The translations under genes were made by a program, and so were the position numbers. 64,000 bases of DNA from contig OX597825.1 of the NCBI GenBank assembly GCA_951406725.2, positions 67,332,001-67,396,000 on the forward strand, given 5' to 3'. The notes beneath the pieces were generated by a model that saw only the letters and a program-made list of their open reading frames with translations, had not been told where the DNA came from and ran no database searches. This document shows, one piece after another, positions 13,417 through 28,545 of the stretch. This DNA is from Octopus vulgaris (Eukaryota). The stretch's first letter is position 1. The number at the start of each line of letters is the position of its first letter.

Positions 13417-14120
13417 TATATCTATATATATTCTTCTGAACAACATTTTAAATTCTAAGTTGTAATTCACCTGAAAGAAAACGGAGTTTTCTTCATGTTC
13501 GAATCTATTTATTCACCATAAAAAAAATTAAAAAAACACGTCTGAATTCGCTGTAATGAACCTCAACACGTTTGTCTACTCTCTTTATATGACAACTGAA
13601 GACCGATAAATAAAGGAATAGGCTTACAAAGAATAAGTCCCGGGGTCGAGTTACTCGACTAAATGCGGTGCTCCAGCATGGCCACAGTCAAACCGCGGTT
13701 TAATATATATAAAGACGATACGAAATGGAGCAATAAATAACAGTGAGAAGTGGATCATCGGTGTCATAAAGCCATTATTTAAGATGACTTTAGAACACAA
13801 AACGATTCACTTCTCACTGCTGGTTATTGCTCCAGCCTTTCATCCTTTCGGGGTCGATAAATAAAGTACCAATTTCTCACTGGGGTCGATTTAATCGACT
13901 TAATCCCTTTGTCCGTCCTTATTTGTCTCCTCAGTGGCTGTGTGGTAAGTAGCTTGCTTACCGACCACATGGTCCCGGGTTCAGTGCCAATGCGTGGCAC
14001 CTTGGACAGGTGTCTTCTACTATAGCCTCAGGCCGACCAAAGCCTTGTGAGTGGATTTGGTAGAGGGAAACTGAAAGAAGCCCGTCGTATTTATGTATAT
14101 ATATATATATATATTTATAC

Positions 14121-14176
<56 letters not shown>

Positions 14177-14238
14177 TTGTGTGTCTCTGTTTGTCCCTCC
14201 AGCATCGTGGGCAGTAAAGAAATACATTTGTTATCGTC

Positions 14239-14297
<59 letters not shown>

Positions 14298-14349
14298 TAC
14301 ATATATATATATGTGTGTGTGTGTGTGCGTGTGTGTGCGTATGTGTGTT

Positions 14350-14685
14350 GGAGGCCCATGGTTCAGTGGTTAGAGCATCGAGCTTACGATCGTGAGGGTT
14401 GTGAGTTCGATTCCCGGAGCGGGCTGCGTGTTGTGTTCTTGAGCAAAACACTTTATTTCACGTCGGTCCATTTAACTCAGCTGTGGAAATGAGTTGTGAC
14501 GTCACTGGTACCAAGCTGTATCGGCCCCTTTGCCTTTCCCTTGGATAGCATCAGTGGCGTGGAGAGGGGAGGCTGGTATGCATGAGCGACTGCTAGTCTT
14601 CCATAAATAAACTTTCCCGGACTTGTGCTTCGGAGGGTAACTTTCTAGGTTCAATTCCATGGTTATTTATGACCGAAGGGGGTCT
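14350..14685 (+). mobile_element. tRNA-derived SINE family D
   Basis: Head GGAGGCCCATGGTTCAGTGGTTAGAGC (A-box) and GAGTTCGATTCCC (B-box), followed by a ~260-bp body. Confidence 0.75.
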
Positions 14686-15229
14686 CCGACATATTTAGAG
14701 AGCGATAGATACATACATACATGCATGCAGACATACATGCATGCAGACATACATGCAAATATATATTATATGAGGTCCAGTCACCATCATCTACAAATCT
14801 TATACGAAGAGTTCATTAAACATGAAAGAGACACTCCAGGTTGCGTAATTACTAATTTAAACAACAGGCAATACCGTGTGAGTGACGTATATTGTTATTA
14901 GTTGGGGACAGCGTTCAAATCTTGGACGGAGTAGGTGGCATAGGTCGGGCCGATGAGTTCTTGTGATTATAAAACTAGGATTAACCTATACACATACATC
15001 ACTAAATCTTTACCTCTGTTTACGGAGATGTAAACACACCAGCATACATGTTGCAGTGTTATGTGTCTGTAACCTAGCAGTTCAGCAACAGAATCCGATA
15101 GAATAAGCCCACGGCTTAAAAGAAATCAGGTACTGGGATCGATTAATTTCATTAAAAGTTCTGCAAGGCGGTGACCCAGTATGGCTGCAGTCTAATAACT
15201 ATAAACAAGTAAAAGATAAAATTAAAATA

Positions 15230-15272
<43 letters not shown>

Positions 15273-15542
15273 ATGTTTTGCAACATTTCTGTGTACCGGC
15301 TGTGCATGTGTGCCGTGTGTGTGCGTGTATGTGTGTGCATGAGTGCTTTTGTATGTGTGTGTTTGTGAGTGCGTGCGTGTGTGCTTGTACGCAAGTGCCT
15401 CTATCTGCACGTGTATGTGTTTCTAGATATACACACATGCATTTTATGGATTGGGTTCAAAAGTTATATAAACACATATATAAATACAGACGGACAGAAG
15501 TATAATGATCACAAATGCATGCGTGTAAGAATTAGACATAGA

Positions 15543-15612
<70 letters not shown>

Positions 15613-15678
15613 AACGCACATACGCGCCCGCACTTACGCATACATGCATACACACGTGTGTGTGTTTCTGCACAAGCG

Positions 15679-16198
<520 letters not shown>

Positions 16199-16960
16199 AA
16201 TTTTATACACACGATAATAATATCTAGGTGGTTAACTGTATATCTTAATGTGTAAGAGGGTATATATGTGTGTGCATGTGTGTGTGTGTGCGTGTTTGTG
16301 TATATGTTTGTGTGTTTGTTTGTGCATATAGGCAAGTGTGTGTACTTGTAATATATGTTGTGTAATATGTTGAAAGTTGAGTTTCACTTTAAAACGCTTC
16401 AACTTTCTCTAGAATATCAACAAGTTACTTCTCCCGTGCACACTTCCAATTTATCTCTGTAAATAAATATTAAAGTTCACCGACCAAAAACAGATATGCA
16501 CTAGCAGAAATACATACATGCAACAATACACCCACTCACACACAAAACACACACACACACATATGTGTATATGTATATATAAAGACACACAAAATATATA
16601 TGTGTATATGTATATATAAAGACACACAAAATATATATGTGTATATGTATATATAAAGACACACAAACACACATATGTAAGTAAACACATTTATAAAGCA
16701 TATGATTATATATATATATATATATATATATAATATGTATGTGTATGTGTGTGTATGCGTTTGTACGTGCATATTGATATACGCATACATCTGTGTGTAT
16801 GTACATATATATGTATGTGTATACATATATATGTATCTCTATATTTCTATCTATCTATCTCTTACATATGTGTGTCTGTGTGTATTTATATATACGTGTC
16901 TGTCTGTATATCTGTTAATACATACATATATGCATATATATTCATATATATATATATATG

Positions 16961-17004
<44 letters not shown>

Positions 17005-17085
17005 AATATATAAACATCTCGGTTGAGAGGAGACATGATAAATTTTGTCCTATTTTACACATATGTAAGCAATCACATTTATAAA

Positions 17086-17142
<57 letters not shown>

Positions 17143-17147
17143 CAAAA

Positions 17148-17178
<31 letters not shown>

Positions 17179-17204
17179 GATAGTTAGACAGACAGACAGA
17201 TAGT

Positions 17205-17262
<58 letters not shown>

Positions 17263-17549
17263 TATAGATAGATAGATACATGTATTAATATGCATGAACT
17301 GACGCATACACACATACACACACAGATATATATATATATACAGAGAAAGAAAGGGGGAGAGAAAGAAAGAGACAAAGAAAGAGAGTGCACGATATAGATC
17401 TAGATATACACTTTTGTATCACATATTACACACATTGTATCGCATATTACACACACCACACACACATGTATATATATATACACGCTAATTGAGGAAAAGT
17501 GATAAAAAGTTTAATTAAACAAGCATGAGAAAGCATGAATTCAAAACAC

Positions 17550-17599
<50 letters not shown>

Positions 17600-17916
17600 C
17601 CACCATCATCATCGTTATCCTCATTATTATCATCATCATCATCATCATCGTTATCATCACCCTCGTTATTACCATTAGTACCTGTCTTCCGCTCCCCCAC
17701 TCACTGCCCCCCCCCAAAAAAAAACCCAACTATAGCAACAACAAAAACATCTGAAATGTTAAAACTGTTCACTGTTAACCTTATCGCTCCACTCATCGTC
17801 ATTACTTTCATCCGCATCCCCTTCATTATTATCATCATCGCCTTCCTTATCACCCCCTTCATTATAATCATAATCATCAACAAAAACATCAGCAACGATA
17901 ATGAGTATCTACTTAC

Positions 17917-18287
17917 CTTTCCACGCAGACAGCTACCAACGTCATTACCGATGCGTACAGAGATACAACCAGGAGGTATCTTATGGCTTTGCACAAGGCC
18001 AGGCTCAGGAGCCACCCTCTATTGAGGACGAACTGCACCAAGTCAGGTATTCCAACCAGGAGTAAGATTAGATCTGCCACTGCCAGATTCATAATAAACA
18101 TATTAGTGACAGAAGTCCTCATTTTCCGGTCCGAGACTACGACGAATATCACGAGCCCGTTGCCGACGATGCCGACCATTTCGACGAAAAAGAAAAATCC
18201 CGATAGTAAAATGACAGTTTGTTGCGATGCCGGTCCGACAGGAGTTTCGTTGAAGAACAGAGGAGTAGCGCTTGTGTTGTTCTCCAT
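17917..18287 (-). CDS. First coding exon of a class A (rhodopsin-like) peptide GPCR, N-terminus to the end of TM3; neuropeptide-receptor-like
   Basis: ATG at 18287 in GACATGG context with an in-frame TGA 11 codons upstream; N-glycosylation sequons NNT and NET; TM1 GN motif (GIVGNGLV); TM2 NLAVADL; ECL1 W and TM3 Cys (GWLLSLALCK); ends VE-AG|GTAAGT, a phase-2 donor at 17916 inside the Arg of the E/DRY motif. Confidence 0.92.
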
Positions 18288-19337
18288 GTCGCCTTCTTCA
18301 CAATGGGATAGACGTACTCACTGTTTGTCAGAACACGTTGAGAGGACGACACGGAAACATGTGTAGACGTTGCACAGCCACACACGAGGAAATAACACGA
18401 CAATAGACACAGACAAACTTAAACTCAAACATGAACACACGAACACATTACATATATACGTAGCCTTTAACGCTTAACTTCCCTATTATTATTATTATTA
18501 TTATTACTATTATTTTACCGGTATCCCTACTACTGCTGTAGTTGTTGTTAGTTGTTATTGTTTTGCAAAATTATAACGTTGTTGTTGTTGTTGGTGGTGG
18601 TGGTGGTGGTGGTGTTATTATTATTTATTGTTGTTTAAAGTTATTCTCATTAAACGAATCGGGAAGTGCTGGCAGCTATGTTTGATGACGGTGGTGCCAC
18701 GGATACCGGTTGGAGATGTAGGCGAAGGTGTTGGTGTCGGTGTTGAGGTAGTGAGGGTGGTGGTGGTGGTGATGATGGTGGTGGTGGTGGTGGTGGTGGT
18801 GGTGGTGGTGGTGGTGGTGGAGTGTGGTGGAGGATGGTGACGGTAGTGGTGAAGATGAAGAGTGATGCTAGTGCTGGTGGAGGGTGATGGTGGTGGTGGT
18901 GGTGGTGGTGGTGGGTGGTGGTGGTGGTGGTGGTGCTGGTGGTGGTGGTAGTCGCGAAGGTGGTGTATGTACGTGCTGTCACAGTGTAGATATCAGTGTG
19001 GTGATGGCGTTGTTGGCGGTGTTGAAAAGTAGTGGCAGTGGTGGTGGTGGTGGTCGTGGTGGCGGCGGTGTTGATGGCGGCGGCGGCGCTGGTGGTGTAG
19101 GCGGCACGGTGGCGATCCAGTCCGTAAAAATATTTAACCTCAATACTGCATGAGTTTAAGAGATGCAGCTGATGGTGACTGTTGTTGTTGTTGTTATGTT
19201 TGTAGTTTGAGGCTGTGATAATAATGACAATGCTGCTACTGCTGCTGCTGCTGCTGTTGCTGCTGCTGTTGCTGCTGCCGCTGCTGCTACCGCTGCTGCT
19301 GTTGCTACTGCTTCTGCAGCTGTTAGAACAGATCTCT

Positions 19338-19375
19338 CTGCAAAAACCGAAAGATAAACAGAGAACGGTAGGAAC
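19338..19375 (-). other. Candidate 3' splice acceptor opening the GPCR exon with a long 5' UTR
   Basis: Minus strand CCGTTCTCTGTTTATCTTTCGGTTTTTGCAG|AG, a polypyrimidine tract plus CAG in one of the few unique stretches upstream of the ATG. Confidence 0.5.
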
Positions 19376-19724
19376 TACGGAGTAACCTAACTATTTCCTC
19401 GTCCCGCGTCGTAATTACAGTGAAAGATTGTTCCTCAAGCGGGGATCGAAACCGCTTCCGCAGGGCAGTTTATTATTTTTTTTTGTGCTACTAGTACAAA
19501 CCGGTGTCGCTATTGTTGTTGTTGTTGTTGTTGTTGTTGATTGTTACCGTTGTCGTTGTGGTTGTTATTGTTGCTGTTGTTGTTGTTGCTGTGGGCGCCA
19601 AGTTCGAATAGAAGTGGATCTGGTGACGGTCGTGGAGATTGAAGCGGTGGGGGTTGTGCTCGTGGTGGTGGTGGTGGTGGTGTTGGTGTTGGTGGTTGTG
19701 GTGGTGGTGGTGACATTCGTCTGT

Positions 19725-20115
19725 GGTGATGGGTGTTGGTGCTTGCGGGTGGGTTGTGATGCTTGCGGGTGGGTGGTGGTGCTTGCGGGTGGGTGGTGGT
19801 CCTTGCGGGTAGTTGATGGTGCTTGCGGGTGGGTGGTGGTGCTTGCAGGTGGGTGGCGGTGCTTATGGGTGTGTGGTGGTTCTTGCGGGTGGGTGGTGGT
19901 TCTTGCGGGTAGTTGGTGGTGCTTTCGGGTGGGTGGTGGTGGTAATTGCAGGTGGGTGGTGGTGCTTGCGGGTGGGTGGTGGTTCTTGCAGGTAGTTGGT
20001 GGTTCTTGCGGGTGGGTTGTGATGCTTGTGGGTGGGTGATGGTGCTCGCGGGTGGCTGGTCGTACGTGCGGGTGGCTGGTGATGGTCACGGGTGGGTGGT
20101 GGTGGTGCTTGGGGC
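19725..20115. repeat. G-rich 21-bp minisatellite (GGTGGTGCTTGCGGGTGGGTx)n, roughly 17 units
   Basis: Directly visible tandem units within triplet-repeat DNA. Confidence 0.9.
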
Positions 20116-20677
20116 TGGGTGCGTTAGTGGTGGTCGTCGTCGTAGCAGTAGTGAGGAAGCGTGCTAGTAGTATTGTTCGTAGTAATAGTAATGTAGGTAG
20201 CAATGGTGGTGGTAGTGGTTGTGGTGGTAGTTATTGTGGTGGTGGTGGCGGTTGTGGTAGTGGTCGTCGTTGTAGTAACAAGAGTGGTGGTATTACTTGA
20301 AATGGATGAGGATGGTGATGATGATGGTGACGGTGGGGATACTGCGCGAAATTGTAACGGCGATGCTGGGGACGGAGGTGGTGTCGATGATGGTATAGGT
20401 GTAGAAAATGCGGCGATGGTAGCCTTGAGTATGTAATAGTATGTGGATGTATGGTGGTGTGTGTATGTATATAGTGGCGTATATATGTATACATACATGT
20501 GTGTGTGTGTGTGTATGTGTGTGTATCTGTGTTTTATTGATGTGTATGTGTAGCGGTATGTATATGTGTGAGCGTGTGTGTGCGTGTGATATTGTTAGCT
20601 TTATAATTGTTGTCGGTAATGTTTACATTATCACTTTAGGCCGACAGATGCACTTTTCTCAGCGGCGTGTTTGGTAC

Positions 20678-20747
<70 letters not shown>

Positions 20748-20772
20748 GGTGGTGGTGGTGGTGGTGGTGGTG

Positions 20773-20834
<62 letters not shown>

Positions 20835-21145
20835 TGTTGGTGGTGGTGGTTGTGGTGGTGGTGGTGGTGGTGGTGGTGGTGGTGGTGGCAGCGGCGGTGG
20901 TGGTGGTGTTGGTAGTGGTAGTGGTGCTGCTGCTGTGTGTTGCTGCTGGTGGCGGTGGTAGTGGTGGTGGTGGTGGTGGTGGTGATGCTGCTGCTGCTGC
21001 TGCTGCTGTTTCTGTTGTTTCTGTTGTTGGTGGTGGTGGTGGTGGTGATAGCGTCGGTGGTAACAGTGTTTCCGAAGTAATTGTTGAAGTTGTTGTTGTT
21101 GGTGGTGGCGGTGTGGTGGTGGTGGTGGTGGTAGTGGGGCCGCTG

Positions 21146-21177
<32 letters not shown>

Positions 21178-21555
21178 GGTGGTGGTGGCGACGGTGGTAA
21201 CAGTGTTTCCGAAGTAATTGTTAAAGTTGTGGTGGAGGCGTTGGAGAGGTTGCTTTCGTTGTTATTGTTATTGTTGTTGTCGTTGTTGTGGGTGTGAGTG
21301 TAGTTGTTGTTGTTGTTGTTGTTGCTGCTGCTCTCTGTTGTTGTTGTTGTTCAACACAAGTCTTCCCCTGATTGAGCAGATGTAGGTACAAGAATGTTCC
21401 AAACACGAAAACCTCGTCTTATTATTAATTCTTACGGCTATGAGTGGAGCTGGGAAAGGCGAATCCGCATTGTTTCTCTATTTTTACCGATCCTAGCACT
21501 GCAATAACACAACCCGATGAAATTGCTAAATAACAACAAGCATAACAACAACAAC

Positions 21556-21623
<68 letters not shown>

Positions 21624-21689
21624 TAATAATAATGGTGGTGCCCCAGCATGGCCACAGCTCAAGAGCTGAAACTGGAAAACATAAACAAA

Positions 21690-21744
<55 letters not shown>

Positions 21745-21865
21745 GTAATAATAATAATAATAATAATAATAGTAATAATAATAATAATAATATTAATGAT
21801 GATAATAATAATAATAATAATGATGATTGATTGATTCTAGTTTCAGCTCCCGAGCTGTGGCCATG

Positions 21866-21924
<59 letters not shown>

Positions 21925-21925
<1 letters not shown>

Positions 21926-22477
21926 TGCCCTGATGCAGTACCAGGCAGTGGCTCTCATGGCTTTTGATCTTAACTGATTGGAAGTGTTATCATGTACATT
22001 GTTTTGTCTTGGTATAAAAGATGGGCTACAGCAAATATTCTGCTCAATACCACAGATTTGCTTGTCACTTGTTTGACCTTAACCAGTTGACCATGTCTCC
22101 TGGTGGCTGACGACATGTGCATCTTTGATCATGAGCAGAAATGGTCGCGGAGCATCATAGCGATATGTTGAGAGAGATTCTTGGGGATTTGAATAATACA
22201 CCTCTGGAAACATGGGGGTTTCGTTCAACATATTTAAACAACCCTTATTCAGGGACCTTTTGAGCGAGATGGTTTACTCGACCAGAAGAAAATTCTAATT
22301 GGGCCCCACCTGCAAGGTCATGTGCTGTTCATCTTGATATGAGATCACCATGTCGCCACACACATGGTTGTGATGCTTGTGCCTGGTGTATCCTTATCAG
22401 ACGAGTAGATATGATGGGTATACTGGGCTTCGTATATTTTACCTCAGTGTCACTTTGATGGCATGCACTGCTCTCTC

Positions 22478-22478
<1 letters not shown>
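21925..22478 (-). mobile_element. Second copy of the ~530-550-bp (ATT)n-embedded repeat
   Basis: Reverse complement of 2757-3280. Confidence 0.8.
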
Positions 22479-22510
<32 letters not shown>

Positions 22511-22523
22511 AATAAATAAATAA

Positions 22524-23474
<951 letters not shown>

Positions 23475-23488
23475 TATATATATATATA

Positions 23489-24476
23489 TTTCAAGATTCC
23501 TGATGTGAAATCGTGTGTTGAAACAGATATTGTTGCACTTCGGGATGGTCGTTTTTTTTTTTGGCAAATAAACATACATCTTTTTATTCACTTGTTTATT
23601 ACTGTTCTTATTTTATTATTTCAACTCATGTCTAATGTCCCGAAATTTGCCGTCACAAATCTGTGACCTCTTCAGCGACACTTTTCGTTTACGTGTGGGT
23701 TCTTGCTCCACTTACTCCATTCTGTTCTTCTAAGATGTGTGCCCTTATGTGCTCATGCTTTTGTGTTCTTGTGTGTCTGTATGTGTCTGTATGTGTCTGT
23801 ATGTGTGTATATGTGTGTGTGTGTGCCTTCCTGTGTATGTGTGTGTGTGTCATAGATTTTAGTAGCATTGTGGCCTTCCCCTCAGTCCCATCCGCTCACC
23901 CCATTGTGCTGCTGCTGTCCTTAGTCCTAAGACCTCCCACACCAAATAAAATAAATATGGTACAGTTCCTGTATTCTTCTGTGAACGTGTGTTCACCCAC
24001 GGTGTTGCCATCTTGGTAATTGTTGTTGTTATTGCCCTCATTGTCACGGCCACTGGTGCTGTCGTTGATAATTGTGTTGTTCACATTGTTATGGCTGTCC
24101 ATGAAATTCCTTGTGCGTGTGTTTTGTGTGTGTGTATGGGTTGGCTTCATATTTAGCATTTATCCGTGCCATTTATATAGTTTCATTTATTTATTTTATG
24201 TGTTTCTGTGTCTCATATTTATCACAGGTATGTGACAGATATATTTTACTTTTTTACATTTTTACTCTTTTACTTGTTTCAGCCATTTGACTGTGGCCAT
24301 GCTGAAGCATTGCCTTTAGTCGAGCAAATCGACCACAAGACTTATTCTTTGTAAGCCTAGTACTTATTCTATCGGTCTCTTTTTTGCCGAACCGCTAAGT
24401 TACGAGGACGTAAACACAACAGCATCGATCGTCAAGCGATGTTGGGGTGGGGGGACAAACACATGCACACAAACAT

Positions 24477-24508
<32 letters not shown>

Positions 24509-24920
24509 GGTGCCACGTAGCGGGACTGAACCCGGAACCATGTGGTTGGTAAGCAAGCTACTTACCACACAGCCACTTTATTTACCTATTTATATATTTA
24601 TTTACTTATATTTATTTTGTATACATCTATCTCTGTTTCTCATAAGAATCACAGGTAAATAAATATACGTCTATTGTGTGTGCATTTTCCTGTTTGTTTC
24701 TGTGTATTATTTACGATTTTTCCCTCTCACTTTTCATCCCTTCTGTGTTTAGTCATGTGGTGTGCTGGTGGGTGTTACTGTTCCATTCGTGTTTTCTGTT
24801 GAGGTTCAGTTTGTCTACTGTTATGTGTGTAGACTCTGTGATCTGCCAAAGCGTCGTGTCAGTTCTATGTGTCGATAGTACTTTAAACTTTATGCTATTA
24901 ATTGAGCCTCTATATTCTAT
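23489..24920 (-). mobile_element. PLE 3' fragment (endonuclease C-terminus + 3' UTR with a decayed HHR), interrupted by SINE A at 24262-24576
   Basis: 24920-24753 translates IEYRGSINSIKFKVLSTHRTDTTLWQITESTHITVDKLNLNRKHEWN, resembling a PLE GIY-YIG C-terminus (RQI.E..I...LN.K.EW); HHR-like motif at 23634-23682; ends at (TA)n. Confidence 0.6.
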
Positions 24921-25518
24921 CTACCTTTGAGAGACTGCACGTAGCATAGGAGAACCTACTGGGGTACATTGGCGAGAGCTCAAAGAAAGGAAAAGCGCGT
25001 TAGTGCCCTACCAACATGCTCCAGCAAACAACGATGCCAATAAAATCAACAACTACCACGATGGAGGGGGTCTTAGGACATCAGCAGCACAATGGGGTGA
25101 GGGGATGGGGCTGAGGGGAAGGCCACACTGCTACTAAAATTTATGAAACGCACACAATCATACACACACGTTGTATAATCATAGCACCGACAATTTGTTG
25201 AGCACTCCCAGTGAATAAAACCCCACTCTCAAATCAACTTAGATTATGGTACTGCCTTTGTCTCAGTTTCCTGTAACTTTAGAGTAATTTACAAAATTGC
25301 CACCACCGTCTTCCTCCTCTACTACTGTTACTACTACTACTACTATCCCTACTACTACTGCTGCTACTACTACTACTACCACTACTACTACTACTTTCTA
25401 CAATTCATGATCACATCCGATAAGAGAACCATGAATATATGTGTGTGTATATATACATATACATATATATATATATATATACGTATATATATGCATATAT
25501 ATATAAGCATATATATAT

Positions 25519-25570
<52 letters not shown>

Positions 25571-26393
25571 ATTTGTACATATATATATGTATACATGTGT
25601 ATATATATACATGAATATATATATATGTATATATATATACATGTGTGTATTTATATATATTCAGCGACATATATGTATATGTACATATATGCACATATAT
25701 ACGCATATACATATATACATATATATATATGTTTGTGTGTTTATGTATGTATATACACAAACACGCACTTATCACGTATAATAATGAAATCAAATCAAAT
25801 ACCCAAATACACACGCACGCACACACGTAAACTCACACAATCACACTTACGCATACAGAGATATGTATTTGTGTGCCTGGTATCCATCTGTATATGTATG
25901 AGTGTGTGCCACAATCTTCCGTCTACCTGAGTAAAACATTGTGCATGCGTGCCGCACAGTATTCGTGGGAAGTATACACGTTTTCAATGTGAACAGAATC
26001 TAATAGAATTATGGAAAGTCATTTTAACTTCTGATCGATAAGGTAATATGTATGATCGTTCACAGATTGAGAATGTCAGAAGTAGAGCATTCACGGATAT
26101 GAAACTTGGACGGCAAATCAGCAGCCATTTGACTCCACTAATAATGGAGAGGTGCGGGTCAAAGTTGAATGGAAATGAAGGAAGTGACTGCTAAGAAAGT
26201 TGTTAAAAGAAATGATAAAATCAACAAGAAACTACATATATTTCCCTCTTTCTTCCTTCTCCTTCTCTCCACCTATTTCACTCTCCTTATCACTCAAGTT
26301 CCCTCTATCTATCAGCCTATTTATCTCTTCCATATGTGCAATTACGCATGCATATTTGGGAAGACGTTAGAATATATAGAAATGCATACATAC

Positions 26394-26461
<68 letters not shown>

Positions 26462-26466
<5 letters not shown>

Positions 26467-26983
26467 ACTTATAAATAAGGGCAAAAGAAAAAATTCTAAT
26501 GCCAAATATGCCGAAACTAGACACATTGTCCATAACCATGTAATTTATCACAATAAACACGTTACTCAAAGAAAGCTGACAGAAACTTCTAAAACATTCC
26601 GTTATTACCATATCGGACCCGATTTCAGAGTTAGTTCATAAGAACCTTCCCTTCGTCAGTGATAAATGCGGCAAAGAAATAAATGAAATACTTACTTATA
26701 CCCATGGAAGAAGCAAACACTAAGTCATGAGCACAATTAAGCACCCCAAATATATCCAAATTAGAAATTCTCCAGCCCATTCGAGTACGTACGATTCGAA
26801 CTGAAACTCTCACTGACGAAGGGAAGGTTATATGGTTATGGACAATGTGTCTAGCATATTTGACATTAGAAATGTTTTCTTTTGCCCTTGTTTATAAGTT
26901 GTTTATAAATTTAACCTTTAAAGGTATTTTTTTAATATGCTGGCCATTGATAAAATTTTTTTCGAAAAATGTTATCCTATATT

Positions 26984-26987
<4 letters not shown>
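26462..26987. mobile_element. Short non-coding TA-flanked cassette with an HHR and internal inverted duplication (PLE-derived or retrozyme-like)
   Basis: 26465-26540 is the inverted copy of about 26832-26903; HHR at 26605-26665; a partial HHR head CACTGACGAAGGGAAGGTT at 26811 in the opposite orientation. Confidence 0.65.
26605..26665 (-). ncRNA. Type I hammerhead ribozyme, canonical core
   Basis: UUAUCA-CUGACGA-[AGGGAAGGUUC UUAU GAACUAACUCU]-GAA-[AUCGG GU CCGAU]-A/UGGUAA; stem I is 6 bp and all core nucleotides are present. Confidence 0.85.
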
Positions 26988-27045
<58 letters not shown>

Positions 27046-27137
27046 AATATAGGATAACATAGAAACGTAGAAACACGTGTAGAATGAAATAAAACGATTT
27101 CTGTTCAATCTGCGTTCAGCTCCATTTCTTCAATTCA

Positions 27138-27183
<46 letters not shown>

Positions 27184-27204
27184 CACAAACACATTCATAC
27201 ATAT

Positions 27205-27242
<38 letters not shown>

Positions 27243-27374
27243 TATTCACAAGGGTTTGATCTGCCCGAGGCTATAATAGAAGACACTTATTGAAGTTGCC
27301 ACGAGGTGGGACGAACCCGGCGGTTGGTAAGCAAGCTACTTACCACCCACCCACTCCTTCTCCTATATATATGC

Positions 27375-27447
<73 letters not shown>

Positions 27448-28420
27448 ACCATGTGTGTGTGTTTTGTGTTTGTTTTTGCCTCCCATCACCGCTTGTCAGT
27501 GAGTGCTGGTGTGCTTGTGTCCTCGTGAAGGGGGTCGAATTGTTTGACTAAAAACCGTTCAAGACTCTGCTCCAGCATGGCGCAGTCAATTGACTGACAC
27601 AAATAAAATAATAAACGAATAAAAGAAAATTTATATATACGCATATTTGAATGTGTGCGTGCGAACCTGCGTGCTTGCATGCGTACTTGATCTCGCGCGC
27701 GTGTGTTCATTTGTGTGTTTTTGTATACGTGTGTTAAATTGGTATATGTATCATCTTGGGATACGATTGTGTTTCGAGTAGTCTTAAACTTACAGAAATT
27801 TGCGATTATGCAATCGACTCTTTAGCAGAACAACGAAGATATGTTTTCGTCCATACACTTTGTTCTATTAAAATCGATAATACACTGAAACAAATTTAAT
27901 ACCAAGAGCATAAAATATCTTCGATTTGCTTTATATTCGTGCTCAAATCATGAATTTTTCTTTTTTTTTTCTGTGAATTGAATCGAAATGAAACTTACCG
28001 AAATGAGCTGATATATTGATAATAGATATAAAAAAAGTAATAATTTTTGCAATTTTAACAAGAATATTTGACTTGTGCAAAGCAATTATAGTGGCGCTCA
28101 ATAAAAGTGGAAATAAATAGTGTGTTTGAAAAGAAATAATTGTACATAAAGCTGAAACGAATTGATGCTTGAAAATAAAATCAACTGCCTTATAACGCGT
28201 ATATATATATATATATATATAAATACTACAAAATTAGAGAATGGAGAAACATACTTAAATCAGTAAAACATCAACTATCCGATGATACTCAATCCATACT
28301 TTAATACACCATTATATATGAGTAAAGACAATATATAAAATGAAATGAGATATACAGTAATAGTAAAAGTAAAAAGATAAAGAGATATAAGTAAAAAAAT
28401 TTCAAATATAATATGCAAAT

Positions 28421-28545
28421 AAATCAAAACTGACAGCTGTTTCGGCAGTGAGGACAGTCATACCTCATTTAACCTATAAGCCATAAAGGCAGGTATAAAT
28501 GAGGCATTAACAAGGATGCCCCACGGCCTCTTCAGAGAATTAAAT
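28421..28545 (-). ncRNA. Type I HHR in the PLE 3' end, with ~90-nt stem II and palindromic stem III
   Basis: CU-CUGAAGA-GGC CGUGGGG...AUGCCUCAUUUA...UAAAUGAGGUAU...CCUCACU GCC-GAA-ACAGCUGU-C/AG; stem I is imperfect beyond 2 bp. Confidence 0.75.

Noticed and set aside
18628-21958. Poly-V/G/T/H/P ORFs, including the 203-aa and 212-aa ones
   Set aside because: Triplet repeats and the 21-bp minisatellite; no domain signal.
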